NCBI RefSeq assembly: GCF_006345805.1
Contig: NC_043008.1
Location: 12,028,001 to 12,092,000, forward strand
Source: Octopus sinensis
Taxonomy: Eukaryota
Direction of reading: 5' to 3'
DNA: 64,000 bases
Both the position numbers and the translations under genes were made by a program. The notes under the pieces were generated by a model. It ran no database searches, had not been told where the DNA came from, and saw nothing but the letters and a program-made list of their open reading frames with translations. Below, in pieces: positions 63,503 through 64,000 of this stretch (positions are counted from its first letter, which is position 1; every line of letters starts with the position of its first letter).

Positions 63503-63918
63503 TATTTCTTTACTACCCACAAGGGGCTAAACACAGAGAGGACAAACAAGGACAGACAAACGGATTAAGTTGATTACATCGACTCCAGTGCGCAACTGGT
63601 ACTTAATTTATCGACCCCGAAAGGATGAAAGGCAAAGTCGACCTCGGCGGAATTTGAACCCAGAACGTAAAGACAGACGAAATACCTATTTCCTTACTAC
63701 CCACAAGGAGCTAAACACAGAGAGGACAAACAAGGACAGACAAATGGATTAAGTCGATTACATCGACCCCAGTGCGTAACTGGTACTTTATTTATCGACC
63801 CCGAAAGGATGAAAGGCAAAGTCGACCTTGGCAGAATTTGAACTCAGAACGTAACGGCAGACGAAATACGGCTACGCATTTCGCCCAGCGTGCTAACGTT
63901 TCTGCCAGCTCGCCGCCC
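63503..63918 (-). mobile_element. SINE family B dimer (full copy 63687-63918 followed by 5'-truncated copy 63503-63686)
   Basis: In sense orientation the junction is ...GTAGTAAGGAAATA|GGTATTTCGTCTG... Confidence 0.9.
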
Positions 63919-64000
63919 TGAGAACTGATACAAGACCACTTAGCAAAACCATTACAGAACAAAGGTTAAAACTAGTAGGTCACATATTCTAGCAATCAGA

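Overview
AT-rich, microsatellite-dense eukaryotic DNA with no host protein-coding exon that I can recognise. Nearly all supplied ORFs are microsatellite artefacts. The repeat families and simple-repeat load resemble an octopus (coleoid cephalopod) intron or intergenic region; this is inference from recalled repeat sequences, not a database result. The window holds four tRNA-headed SINE-like families (my labels A-D), decayed DNA transposons (pogo, several Tc1/mariner, two hAT MITEs with 8-bp TSDs, Helentron/HINE-like elements) and LINE remnants (RTE, CR1). It also has a Penelope-like GIY-YIG remnant and a 100-N gap. Three observations stand out. (1) Family D has a tRNA-like Pol III head and a minimal type I hammerhead ribozyme tail. 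It inserts as a fold-back palindrome with a one-sided 3' extension and a single TSD, at two loci. This looks like a Penelope-mobilised, ribozyme-bearing SINE. (2) A second hammerhead-bearing non-autonomous family (E) sits in (TA)n tracts. (3) A 10-unit head-to-tail array of a ~249-bp SINE lies inside one 13-bp TSD, with a chimeric unit that records how the array grew. Several perfect hairpins and inverted SINE pairs are potential dsRNA sources.
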